Virus record (IMG/VR): IMGVR_UViG_3300021431_000075
Coordinates: 512,001-576,000 of that record
DNA: 64,000 nt
Source of the DNA: a virus
Lineage: Duplodnaviria; Caudoviricetes
Direction: 5' to 3' (one strand)
Both the position numbers and the translations under genes were made by a program. Below, one piece after another: positions 19,668-28,714 of this stretch. Below the pieces are notes generated by a model. It saw only the letters and a program-made list of their open reading frames with translations, was not told the DNA's origin and did not search any database. How positions within the stretch are numbered: the first letter of the stretch is position 1; every line of letters begins with the position of its first letter.

Positions 19668-22268
19668 TCAAGAAAAGTTTATAGTCACGTCATACTTGGC
19701 AAGGTCTTCAATCTGTTTTGCATTTCCAGCATTGTAGATATATGCAATCTGGTTATGCTCTCCGAGATTCACGCCTGAAACAAATTCACCGTTGTACTTG
19801 CAGTTCTTGAAGTTGATTGTCATAGTGCTGATTGCTTCTGTGATTGCTGGATTCTGAAGCATCGCATCGTTTTGTGCAGGCTGGTAGAGAAGAAGACCGG
19901 CATAAGTGAAATCCGTCTTGCCAGCATCCTCGTAGTTCCATTCAACGTTCTCGAAATTGATAGTGATGTTCTTTGAGTTTGCATAGTTAGCAATTCTCAT
20001 CACATTGGAGTTTTCAGGGTCTAAGTTGAAGTAACTATCCTTGACAGTGATAACTGCGTTTTCAGCAGGAGTATAGACATTGATGATGTTGTGTTTGAGT
20101 TTCACATCGTCGATGTATATGTTGCTGAATGTAACAGTCTTGTTCAGGCTGCTTGCATCGTTTGGTGTCTGAGAACCTTCGAACATGTTGTATACGGTTG
20201 TCGTCTCGTCTGTAATCGTCAAGTTCTTGACTTCGAGTTCAGGAGTCTTGTAGTTAATCTTTCCGTTGTTCGTTCCGTCTTTGCCGCCGCCGATTTCAAT
20301 GCCATCGACAACCACGTTGTCAGTAGCATTCAATTTGATTGTTGAGTCAACTTCTCCGCCAACGACTGCGATAGCCTTGAATGTAGTCTCGCTGGAAGTC
20401 ATTGCTTCAACAGCCTCTGTAGATGTCAAGACAAGATTTGTCTGCAATGCGGTTTCTGCAGGGATTGCTGCGATTTCTGCTGATGTTGATGCTACAGCAA
20501 GGTTGGTCTGGTTCTTTTCAAGAACTTCGATTCTTGTAAGAAGCTTTGAGAGCATTCTATTGACTTCATTTGCAGAAGTGAAGTTGCTATCATTAGTAAG
20601 TTCGCTGACATTTTCTGGAACAGTAACATTAACATTTCCTTCTGTATCAGGTTTCTGACCATTGACAGTCTTTACAAACTTGCTCATGTCTGTTGCAAGA
20701 ACATCAAGTTGTTCAGCAGAGAGTTTTGTTTGATATGTTTGTGCAATGTTTGCAAATTCAGTTGCAACATCATTTGCATTTGCATAATTTGCAAGTTCAT
20801 CACTTGTTGCATAACCTTCAAGAGCATCTTGTGTAAGATAATTACCTTTTTCTTGATAATGTTCTGCTACGCTTGCATCGGTTGCATAGTTTTCAAGTTC
20901 TGTCTTTGCTGCATAAGTTGATGCAAGGTCGGTAGTTTTCGTATATTCTTCAAGTGCAGTTGAAATGTCAGACTTCTTTGCAAAGTTTTCACCGAGAGAT
21001 GCTTCTGTCAAGTAGCCCTTTCCTTCAAGTTCAGTTTTAGTTACGAGATTGTTAAGATCTGTCTTTGCTGCATAAGTTGATGCAATGTCGGTAGTTTTCG
21101 TATATTCTTCAAGTGCAGTTGAAATGTCAGACTTCTTTGCAAAGTTTTCACCGAGAGATGCTTCTGTCAAGTAGCCCTTTCCTTCAAGTTCGGTTTTGGA
21201 CACGAGAACGTTAAGATCTGTCTTTAATGCATATCCTTCAAGTGCGCTTGCTGTAAGATAATTTCCTTTTGGTTGATAATTATCTTCAACATCTTTGCTC
21301 TTTGCATAGCCTTCAAGTGCAGTTCCGGTCAAAAAGTTCTTGCCGTCGATGATTGTATTTACATCACTTTCGGTTGTAAAGCCATTAACTTCTGATTTCT
21401 TTGCATAAGTAGATTCAACGTCTGCGCTTTTTGCATAGCCTTCAAGTGCAGTTTCAGTCAAGAAGTTCTTGCCGTTGATGATTGTATTTACATCACTTTC
21501 GGTTGTAAAGCCGCTAACATCCGTTTTCTTTGCATAAGTAGAATCAACATCTGCGCTCTTTGCATAGCCTTCAAGCGTGCTTGCAGTGATATACTCTCCC
21601 TTTTGCTGATAGTAACCGTCGGCTTGTGTCTTTGTAAGGAAATTTTCAACTTGAGAGTTGATTTCATCAATATCGGCTGCCATCTTTGCTGCGCCAGATG
21701 TGTCATTCTTAATCCAGTCAGCAATTTCTTTCAAAGTGTCAAAATCTGCATCTGCGTTTGCAACAACTTTTGCAATCTCTGTTGAAATCTTGGAATCAAC
21801 TTCTGATTTCTTGCAATAATCGTTGAGTGTCGCCATCGTGACGAAATTCGTCAAATCTGCAAGAGCATTAATCTGTGCATCTGTAAGTTTGTCCTGCTTT
21901 CCTGCCAAATCGGAACTTGATGCGAAACCGAACGATGACAAGCTGACAGTAGCAGGATTCTTGCCTTCATTATATGTCAGAACAAGATTTCCATTTGAAA
22001 CTGAAACACTCTTGATGTAGTAGTCCTTGTCGTTTGATTTGTATTTGTTGATAGCAGTAGTGATTTTCTGGTCAACCTTGTTCTCGCTGATTCCTCCCGG
22101 ACCGCCAGAAGATGCGATTGCCTTTGCAATCTTTTTGTCAACATCTGTTTGTGTGACATGGTTCTCCTTAGCCGCCGCTGCTGCTTGCTCGACAATCTTC
22201 TGATTAGCTTCTTTCAAGTCTTGCCAGTCGTCTATAAACTGCTGCGCATTGTTTGTTTTAAGAGACAT
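19668..22268 (-). CDS. Fibre-like virion protein with a repetitive shaft and beta-rich C-terminal domain (866 aa)
   Basis: DFDTLKEIADWI motif and YAKK/LEGY repeats typical of phage fibres; late motif at 22310-22317. Confidence 0.6.
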   Translation of the reverse strand: MSLKTNNAQQFIDDWQDLKEANQKIVEQAAAAAKENHVTQTDVDKKIAKAIASSGGPGGISENKVDQKITTAINKYKSNDKDYYIKSVSVSNGNLVLTYNEGKNPATVSLSSFGFASSSDLAGKQDKLTDAQINALADLTNFVTMATLNDYCKKSEVDSKISTEIAKVVANADADFDTLKEIADWIKNDTSGAAKMAADIDEINSQVENFLTKTQADGYYQQKGEYITASTLEGYAKSADVDSTYAKKTDVSGFTTESDVNTIINGKNFLTETALEGYAKSADVESTYAKKSEVNGFTTESDVNTIIDGKNFLTGTALEGYAKSKDVEDNYQPKGNYLTASALEGYALKTDLNVLVSKTELEGKGYLTEASLGENFAKKSDISTALEEYTKTTDIASTYAAKTDLNNLVTKTELEGKGYLTEASLGENFAKKSDISTALEEYTKTTDLASTYAAKTELENYATDASVAEHYQEKGNYLTQDALEGYATSDELANYANANDVATEFANIAQTYQTKLSAEQLDVLATDMSKFVKTVNGQKPDTEGNVNVTVPENVSELTNDSNFTSANEVNRMLSKLLTRIEVLEKNQTNLAVASTSAEIAAIPAETALQTNLVLTSTEAVEAMTSSETTFKAIAVVGGEVDSTIKLNATDNVVVDGIEIGGGKDGTNNGKINYKTPELEVKNLTITDETTTVYNMFEGSQTPNDASSLNKTVTFSNIYIDDVKLKHNIINVYTPAENAVITVKDSYFNLDPENSNVMRIANYANSKNITINFENVEWNYEDAGKTDFTYAGLLLYQPAQNDAMLQNPAITEAISTMTINFKNCKYNGEFVSGVNLGEHNQIAYIYNAGNAKQIEDLAKYDVTINFS
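20899..21190. repeat. Near-perfect in-frame direct repeat (period 159 bp) in the fibre shaft
   Basis: 20899-21031 vs 21058-21190 are nearly identical; a second duplication with period 129 bp lies at ~21300-21560. Confidence 0.85.
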
Positions 22269-22357
22269 AATGGTATTTTTGAATTTGTGACGATTTATCT
22301 ATTATAAATTATTTATCAAAATGTCTCTATTTGTCATTTGGTTCAAATGCAATAATG

Positions 22358-22395
22358 AAAAAAAAACAGCATCCGATTGAATGCTGTTTTTTTTT
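22358..22395. terminator. Intrinsic terminator
   Basis: A-run, CAGCAT...ATGCTG stem, T-run. Confidence 0.7.
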
Positions 22396-22408
22396 GATTT
22401 TTTGATAG

Positions 22409-22882
22409 TTATTGTTCTTCTTCAACTTCAAAATTTTCAAGATTTGTAGATGGTTTCTTGCTCTTTCTTCCGTTCTTTGACGGACTCTTTTTCTCTTGAC
22501 TGTTTTCAACAGGTTCTCCGTCAAGCATGTATATGTTTCCTATTTGCAGCGTTTCCGGTTCTTCCATAATCGAGTTAGAGTCTATCGACTGTATATTTAG
22601 AATCTGTGAGAAAGATGCTTCGAACTTTTCGATTCTTTGCGTCAGGTTATTGAGTTGCTCATTGATTTTCACGAACTCGTCGCTGTTGTTGTTCTTCAAA
22701 TCTTCGTAGTTGACAGACAGTTCATCGAACTTCTCGTTGACTGTATCAACAGAATCGACAAGATCTCCGATGCCTTTCTTTTTGCCGCCGAGAATTACAA
22801 GAACAAGCATAATTATCTGAACTACAAATACTAATAATATTAATGTCGTTTGTAGTCCGCTGCTTAATAAAAGTGTTACCAT
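22409..22882 (-). CDS. Membrane-anchored coiled-coil protein (157 aa)
   Basis: N-terminal hydrophobic helix followed by GGKKK and heptads; start overlaps the M13 peptidase stop. Confidence 0.6.
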   Translation of the reverse strand: MVTLLLSSGLQTTLILLVFVVQIIMLVLVILGGKKKGIGDLVDSVDTVNEKFDELSVNYEDLKNNNSDEFVKINEQLNNLTQRIEKFEASFSQILNIQSIDSNSIMEEPETLQIGNIYMLDGEPVENSQEKKSPSKNGRKSKKPSTNLENFEVEEEQ

Positions 22883-24894
22883 AATTTCGCTCTTCTTTCT
22901 TTGTTTATATATAATTTATCATTCTTGCTTATTTTGAATGCTGAATACCACTCGTCGAACATCGGAAGTGTGCCGTTCACCCTGATGTAGTTGGGGCAAT
23001 GCTCGTCATTTTCTATTCTGTGCTTGATGACTTCTTCTGTCGATACGCCAGCCCAGCAGTTTGCAAAGTTGAGGAAGAAACGCTTCTTCCAGTCATAGCC
23101 GTCCTTCATCATTCCGTTCTTTCCGTACAGTTCTGCTTCGCTGAACATCGGTTCTCCGCGGTCATCTTTCATTGCAAGCAGTTCAGACAGGTATCGAACT
23201 TTTTCACCGTATATCATCTTAAGCGCGTTGTATGCAATCTTGAGACCGCCAAAGTCTGCGATATTCTCATTCAGCGTCAAGTCTCCGTTGCACTTGATTC
23301 CGGGAAGCGCGTAAATCTCGTTGAAATGGTCTCTTGTGTTCTCGGATAGTTCGTCGAACTCCTCACTTTCATCATCAGTCCACCAGTCGAACACGTTTCC
23401 GTCTATGCCGAACAGTCTTCCATAACTGTCAAAGCCGTGTGTCATCTCATGACCGATAATAACACCTATGCCCCCATAGTTGTCCGAATCATCCGCATCC
23501 TTGTTGAAGAACGGTTCCTGCAATACAGCTGCAGGAAAGCAAATCTCGTTCTTCATCGGACTGTAGCATGCATTGACTTTGTGTGCATACATCGGCCACT
23601 CTTCCATATCAACATCCTTGTCGAAATAGTCATTGATATATCTATTGTGAGAATATACCATAATCTCCCTTGTCATCTCGAAGTATGACACGTTGCTATT
23701 GACCGGCATGTCGGTATAGTCTTTCCACTTGTCCGGATAACCGACCTTGCACTTCATCATGGAAAGTTTCTTCAATGCATAGTTCTTTGTTTCCGGACAA
23801 AGCCATGACTGGTTTGATATGATTTCAGCATAACTTTTCTTAAGGTTTTCTATCAATAAAATCATCTTGTCTTTCGACTCTTTCGGAAAGAATTTCTCTA
23901 CATACTTCTGTGCAAATGTCTCACTGAAGAAACTTTCAACTTTGTCAAGTTCGCGTTTCCACAGTTCAGGTCTCTCTTTGACGCCGGTCATGAACTGAAT
24001 GAACTCGAATGCGATTTCTTCTATGTCAACTCTTAATGTATCTTTATAATTATCAATAAGATGGAAGATTGCATTGTCTTTCATCTCGACAAGAGTCATC
24101 GTGTTAATCAGTTCAAATGCTTTCTTGATGGCATCAACTTGAGCGATGTTCACTTTCTTCACATCGTTCATTCCGAACCAAGACAAATACTTGTTCAAAT
24201 CAAACTCGACAAGCTTGCTTGCTTCCTCTATATCCATCATATGATAGTTATACATCGGGTCCATGCACAGTTCTTCGATGCTGTATGAAACTTCCGCTAT
24301 CTGGCAGTCAAAGTCAATAACAGTGTCTATGATTCTGTCTATGTCGTTTTTCTGGAAATTGAGGGCAGTTAGAATATCAACCTTGTTCTTTGCAAACTTC
24401 TTCAGAACTTCTTGCTTGTACGGGTCGTTTGATGTGTAATATGACTTGTTGTTCAGAAGGAGCTTCTGTGAAAGCATCACTTCATAGTGGTTCGAATTCT
24501 TGAAATCCGGGACACACTCGACGCATAGCAAGAAATTGTATGCAAGTTCTTTCTGGCAGAATTCAATGACTTCGTCTTTTGTGTTGAAAGACATTATCTT
24601 GTTGATGTACGGAAGCATGACACGTATTCCTTCCGAGTCTCTTTTGTCATAGTTGGACATCGTCTTGTAGAATGTTGCAATCTTGTATGACATGACATCC
24701 CCGCCGCCGGGATTCTTAACAATCTCGTCAAGAATTTCCCGGTTCTGCTGTCTGACTTTGTTCTCTATGACATTCCAGCAGTCCCATTGTGCTTCGTCAT
24801 CAGGTTTCGGATTCAACTCAATCCACTTTCCGGTAGCAAACTTGAAAAAGTCGTCACCGGGCTTTATGTCATTATTAATATACTCTTTGTTCAT
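22876..24894 (-). CDS. pepO: M13 family (neprilysin/PepO-like) zinc endopeptidase
   Basis: PGDDFF, KVGYPDKW, VNACY, GHEMTHGFD, ENIADFGG, RVNG motifs. Confidence 0.92.
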   Translation of the reverse strand: MNKEYINNDIKPGDDFFKFATGKWIELNPKPDDEAQWDCWNVIENKVRQQNREILDEIVKNPGGGDVMSYKIATFYKTMSNYDKRDSEGIRVMLPYINKIMSFNTKDEVIEFCQKELAYNFLLCVECVPDFKNSNHYEVMLSQKLLLNNKSYYTSNDPYKQEVLKKFAKNKVDILTALNFQKNDIDRIIDTVIDFDCQIAEVSYSIEELCMDPMYNYHMMDIEEASKLVEFDLNKYLSWFGMNDVKKVNIAQVDAIKKAFELINTMTLVEMKDNAIFHLIDNYKDTLRVDIEEIAFEFIQFMTGVKERPELWKRELDKVESFFSETFAQKYVEKFFPKESKDKMILLIENLKKSYAEIISNQSWLCPETKNYALKKLSMMKCKVGYPDKWKDYTDMPVNSNVSYFEMTREIMVYSHNRYINDYFDKDVDMEEWPMYAHKVNACYSPMKNEICFPAAVLQEPFFNKDADDSDNYGGIGVIIGHEMTHGFDSYGRLFGIDGNVFDWWTDDESEEFDELSENTRDHFNEIYALPGIKCNGDLTLNENIADFGGLKIAYNALKMIYGEKVRYLSELLAMKDDRGEPMFSEAELYGKNGMMKDGYDWKKRFFLNFANCWAGVSTEEVIKHRIENDEHCPNYIRVNGTLPMFDEWYSAFKISKNDKLYINKERRAKLW

Positions 24895-24929
24895 CGAATA
24901 ATGAATGTAACTTATCTTTCTTTGTTTGT

Positions 24930-25919
24930 CTAAAACAGAGGCTGTGAGTGTACGAGATTGTTCGGTATTTGCTGGTATCCGAGAATGTCAAGGACTTTGT
25001 TGCAGAATGACAATATTGTTTTCTCGAACTGAATATCCATGTCTATGCTGACTCTGAACTCTCCCGGAAAACTCCCCGGAACATAGGCAAATACTTCATA
25101 AGGGTTGTTTGCTGCATTTGAATAGAACCACTTGATTTTATCAGCATTCTTAATCGGGTTGTATTTTACTTTGTACTTCTTGTTCTCCGGCTTGTTCAGG
25201 AAGTAGTTGTACACTCCTGCGGCCTTGATGTGAGCCGGACACTTGTCTGCAATCACAAGCTCTCCCTTGTCTTTCAGTATGTAGTTGTCATAGTTTCCGA
25301 CGGATGAGCCGAACGAAATCATATCCGGGTCCTTGTACTCGAAATCGGCTTTATATTTCTCTATTTTTCCGACAAGCATGTCAAGACTGAGTTTCTCGTC
25401 GTTGTCACGGTACCAGTCAAGAACGAACTTGACGAAGTCCTCCATGCATTCGCGTGCGTATTCGGACGTAGAACTCTTTACAATCTCAAGTCCCTTGTAT
25501 AGAATATGAGAGCCTTTCGGCAAGTAGATGTTAGGCTCCTCCCAGCATTTTGACATCGCATATCTTTTCTTTGCAAAAAGCAGAGTCGTGTCCGCTATCT
25601 TCTCGAGCTCAAGATTCTGTATGTTCTTGTCACAGTTGTATTCTTTTGCATACTCTTCATATTTATTATTCATGTACGGTCCGAGAGAATAGTTCCACAA
25701 GTCAACAACGAACTTCGTTTGATCTTCTTTTGGAACATTGCACCATTTCAAGATTCTTCCGAACTCTACATAAATCGAGTTGTGGACGAGAATTTCGTTC
25801 GCAAAAAACATATGGGTTTCGCCGACTTCGATGTCATATACATATTCATCATCAAAGTCCGGAAGCACTTCGATGCTTTTTATATTTTCTACCTTATAAT
25901 TTGTTTGACTAAAATCCAT
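24930..25919 (-). CDS. 43: Family-B DNA polymerase C-terminal fragment fused to split-intein C-half (IntC)
   Basis: VYDIEV...FFANEILVHN|SIYV junction, then KKRYA and YKGLEIVKSS; likely start ATG 25919 (the track uses 25931). Confidence 0.9.
   Translation of the reverse strand: MDFSQTNYKVENIKSIEVLPDFDDEYVYDIEVGETHMFFANEILVHNSIYVEFGRILKWCNVPKEDQTKFVVDLWNYSLGPYMNNKYEEYAKEYNCDKNIQNLELEKIADTTLLFAKKRYAMSKCWEEPNIYLPKGSHILYKGLEIVKSSTSEYARECMEDFVKFVLDWYRDNDEKLSLDMLVGKIEKYKADFEYKDPDMISFGSSVGNYDNYILKDKGELVIADKCPAHIKAAGVYNYFLNKPENKKYKVKYNPIKNADKIKWFYSNAANNPYEVFAYVPGSFPGEFRVSIDMDIQFEKTILSFCNKVLDILGYQQIPNNLVHSQPLF
25779..25919 (-). mobile_element. Split intein C-fragment (47 aa), ending in His-Asn, +1 residue Ser
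   Basis: Blocks F/G: YVYDIEVGETHMFFANEILVHN/S. Confidence 0.9.
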
Positions 25920-25989
25920 GATTTTTAACAATTAAAACATAAGCAAATAAACTTATAATGTGAAAATATAAGTATTTTCGCTTATAAAT

Positions 25990-26355
25990 TTAGACAGGAA
26001 TCTTGATGTACACGGGAATGTAATCCGTTTGACCTTTTTCTTTGAACAAGATAAACAAATAGTCGGTATCGAATTCAATATCGTTTGTTTTGACAGGATG
26101 CTCATCATCCAGCAAGTCAACATTCACGACGGTTTCTGAAGTTGCTCCGTTCGTGTCTGTGTACTGGATGATTTTGCCGCTCAATGAACCATGTGAATCA
26201 TCAAGAACGCTAAATCTCGTCACATAGTAGTTCTTGATCTCATATTTGCTTTTGTCTGCATCAAAAAACAAGTCATTTGAACCATTTGACATTTCGATTG
26301 TAATGCCTTCTTTTTCATTGCGTATCTTGTACTTTGAAGTTAGCGGATTTTCCAT
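25990..26355 (-). CDS. Hypothetical beta-rich protein between the two split-intein polymerase genes (121 aa)
   Basis: Intact ORF; no HNH, GIY-YIG or LAGLIDADG motif seen. Confidence 0.65.
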   Translation of the reverse strand: MENPLTSKYKIRNEKEGITIEMSNGSNDLFFDADKSKYEIKNYYVTRFSVLDDSHGSLSGKIIQYTDTNGATSETVVNVDLLDDEHPVKTNDIEFDTDYLFILFKEKGQTDYIPVYIKIPV

Positions 26356-26365
26356 AAATTTAATT

Positions 26366-27409
26366 TTAAATTGTTATTATCTTGTCGGTTTCCGGATTTA
26401 TTTCTTGCGCAGTAACTGATATGAGAATTCCGTCCCTGACGACCATGCAAGAGTGATCTCCTGTCACGATGACTTCTTTGCCGGATTCTGTTGTTATCTT
26501 GTACTTTGACTTCTTGACCTTATGTCGCATGATGTATCTGATTTGTTTATCACAAACTGTATCTGTGCTTGCGTCATATGTCTTTGTCGTTAATGTGATG
26601 TCTGACGGCGCAGGTACGACTTGGGTTCCGTTCGGAAGCATTATTACAGTATCAATGTTCATGTACTTGATTGCAGCGAAAGCGTCTTTGATTGCTATCT
26701 TTTCATCATTTATATCAATAACCGAGTTCCCGTCAATGCTGTCTGTGTCTCCTGCCACGCTTAATGATTCAGTTCCGTCAAGATAATCATATTCTGGACC
26801 GGTCAAAGGCTTTGATTCCGTTGTCTTTCCCTTTGATATGTCGAATGTTCTTGCAAGTTCGGGATTGACTTTTAGTTTGTCCCATAATTTCGCATTTCTC
26901 TTGAACCAGTCGCAGTGACCTTGGCTGTTGTCCTTGATGCATCCGATTAGATCCGGCGTCAGTCTCTTTCCCTTTTTGACAGCAGGGACATAGCTCTCGC
27001 ATTCTTCCCATGTTCCGCTGGCATAATAGTCTTCCGGCTTTTCTTTTGAACCGAAGTCAAAACGTTTTCCATCTTTGTCTATGTGAATCCACTGGTAATG
27101 TAGAATAATGTCCGGATTGCTTTGAAAGATTCCGCTAAAGTACCTGTTCACAGAGTTCTCCGAGAAGTGGTTCAGGTCTCTTCCTTGCGCTGTAATGCTT
27201 TCTGCTATTGCCGTATTGTGTGCAAAGAAGTGCTTACTTCCCAATGCGCCATATACCGAGTTGATGAACTTCTTGATGGCAAGCTGCTTTGTCTCGAAGT
27301 ATCCGGCACGGCTGTGCAAGTCAACGACTTGTTTCTTCAATTCTTCTATTGGACAGTCATACGGATTCTTGAGCCACGCATACTTGAATTTGTCTATTTT
27401 ATTGTCCAT
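26366..27409 (-). CDS. 43: Family-B DNA polymerase fingers/palm fragment fused to split-intein N-half (IntN)
   Basis: Motif B QLAIKKFINSVYGALG, AESITAQGR, then motif C AGDTD followed by intein sequence; no exonuclease or motif A. Confidence 0.9.
   Translation of the reverse strand: MDNKIDKFKYAWLKNPYDCPIEELKKQVVDLHSRAGYFETKQLAIKKFINSVYGALGSKHFFAHNTAIAESITAQGRDLNHFSENSVNRYFSGIFQSNPDIILHYQWIHIDKDGKRFDFGSKEKPEDYYASGTWEECESYVPAVKKGKRLTPDLIGCIKDNSQGHCDWFKRNAKLWDKLKVNPELARTFDISKGKTTESKPLTGPEYDYLDGTESLSVAGDTDSIDGNSVIDINDEKIAIKDAFAAIKYMNIDTVIMLPNGTQVVPAPSDITLTTKTYDASTDTVCDKQIRYIMRHKVKKSKYKITTESGKEVIVTGDHSCMVVRDGILISVTAQEINPETDKIITI
26369..26740 (-). mobile_element. Split intein N-fragment (124 aa), Ser1
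   Basis: SIDGNSVIDI (block A); IMRHKVKK and VIVTGDHSCMV (block B, TxxH). Confidence 0.9.
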
Positions 27410-27447
27410 TTTTGCTTTTTTGAAAACCGATAAAAACTAAACCATCT

Positions 27448-27476
27448 ATTTTACAAAAAAAATGCCGAAAAGTTTA
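27448..27476 (-). promoter_or_regulatory. Phage middle-type promoter TAAACT-N17-TAAAAT
   Basis: Upstream of the polymerase fragment, 17-bp spacer. Confidence 0.65.
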
Positions 27477-27530
27477 AAATAAAAAAGACAGAAATCAAAA
27501 TTTCATTGAAAACTGTCTTTTGCTTAATAG

Positions 27531-28679
27531 TTATTTCTTGTCTTTTGCTGTTTTTGAAGCAGTTGATGACTTTGATTTTGCTTTGCTTGACGCAGGTTTC
27601 TTCTTTGTAGCAGGTTTCTTTGCAGGAGACTTTGGCTTTGGTTTTGATGAAGTTGCTGCTGGTTTCTTTTCTTCAACCGGCTTTTCAACTTCAACTGGCT
27701 TTTCAACTTCAACTGGCTTTTGATCTTCAACTGGCTTTTGTTCTTCAACCGGCTTTTGTTCTTCAACCGGCTTTTGTTCTTCAACCGGCTTTTGTTCTTC
27801 AACCTGTTCTTTTTCCAGCGCTTCTGCTTCTTCAAGCATCTGAAGCATGTCAAGAGATTCTGCTGTGAATGGGTCGAGTTGTTCTTCGACTGGTTCTTCT
27901 GCTTTCGGAACCTCGATTTCCACTTTGTTCGGTTCTTCTTGTTCGGAAACCTCTTCAATGACGGCAGCATCTTCTATTGTTGCCACGACCGGTTCTTCTT
28001 CAATCTGTTCTTCTTCAACTGTTTCAGCAGTATCATCAACCCCAACAACTTTATCATCTTCTTCAATGTCATCATCAGTTCCGATGAAATCCCTTATCGC
28101 GTCAGCCATGTCTATTTCAGGCTTTTTGAAATCAACCGGAGCTGCTGGAGCATCTTGTGCTTGTGCCTCTATTTCCTTTATCTGTTCTGGAGTAAGCATC
28201 GTGGATTCTATGGTCTCGCTCTTGCGTGCCTGCTTTATCTTCATCGCTCTCCTGATTTTAGCAAGAGTGTCCTCAATTGAGTTCGCAGGATGCTCGACAA
28301 CCTTGATTCCAGCAGCCTTGTTGCTGCTCTTGTACGGTTCGTTCTCCAGACTTGTATGTTCGTCGAACTCGTCTTCCATCTGCTCGATTCTGTCCTGCCA
28401 GTTCTTGTAGTAGTCTTTCTGGTCGTTTATAATCTGATTCTCCTTAATCTTCATATATGCTTGCGCAGCATTGACATTATGGTTCATCCCTGTTATCACA
28501 TTAGGAACTCCGGTTTCCCAAGTTCCTTCTGTCGGACGCTCCACTACTCCGGAACCGTACTTCTGGTTCGGTCTATAGCTGTTGAAACTGCGGAAATAGT
28601 CTCCCCAGTCGTCAATCATATTGACTCTTGTCGTTGTCGGACCTGATGACAACGGAACATTTTTCTTCTTATTAGTCAT
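27531..28679 (-). CDS. Low-complexity protein: acidic middle, KPVEEQ repeats, histone-H1-like K/A/P/S tail (382 aa)
   Basis: Composition read from the translation. Confidence 0.65.
   Translation of the reverse strand: MTNKKKNVPLSSGPTTTRVNMIDDWGDYFRSFNSYRPNQKYGSGVVERPTEGTWETGVPNVITGMNHNVNAAQAYMKIKENQIINDQKDYYKNWQDRIEQMEDEFDEHTSLENEPYKSSNKAAGIKVVEHPANSIEDTLAKIRRAMKIKQARKSETIESTMLTPEQIKEIEAQAQDAPAAPVDFKKPEIDMADAIRDFIGTDDDIEEDDKVVGVDDTAETVEEEQIEEEPVVATIEDAAVIEEVSEQEEPNKVEIEVPKAEEPVEEQLDPFTAESLDMLQMLEEAEALEKEQVEEQKPVEEQKPVEEQKPVEEQKPVEDQKPVEVEKPVEVEKPVEEKKPAATSSKPKPKSPAKKPATKKKPASSKAKSKSSTASKTAKDKK
27672..27803. repeat. 18-bp coding tandem repeat (KPVEEQ/KPVEVE, ~7 copies)
   Basis: ttcaaccggcttttgttc-type units. 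Confidence 0.9.
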
Positions 28680-28714
28680 TGCAATTAGTTTTAATTTTTC
28701 TTTATTGTTGGTTG

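Noticed and set aside
22409-22882. Spanin assignment for the TM coiled-coil protein
   Set aside because: No overlapping or adjacent lipoprotein (o-spanin) or endolysin is visible.
25932-26365. Group I intron or frameshift explaining the broken polymerase
   Set aside because: Both fragments carry complementary intein halves with their own stop and start, and no intron core was recognised.
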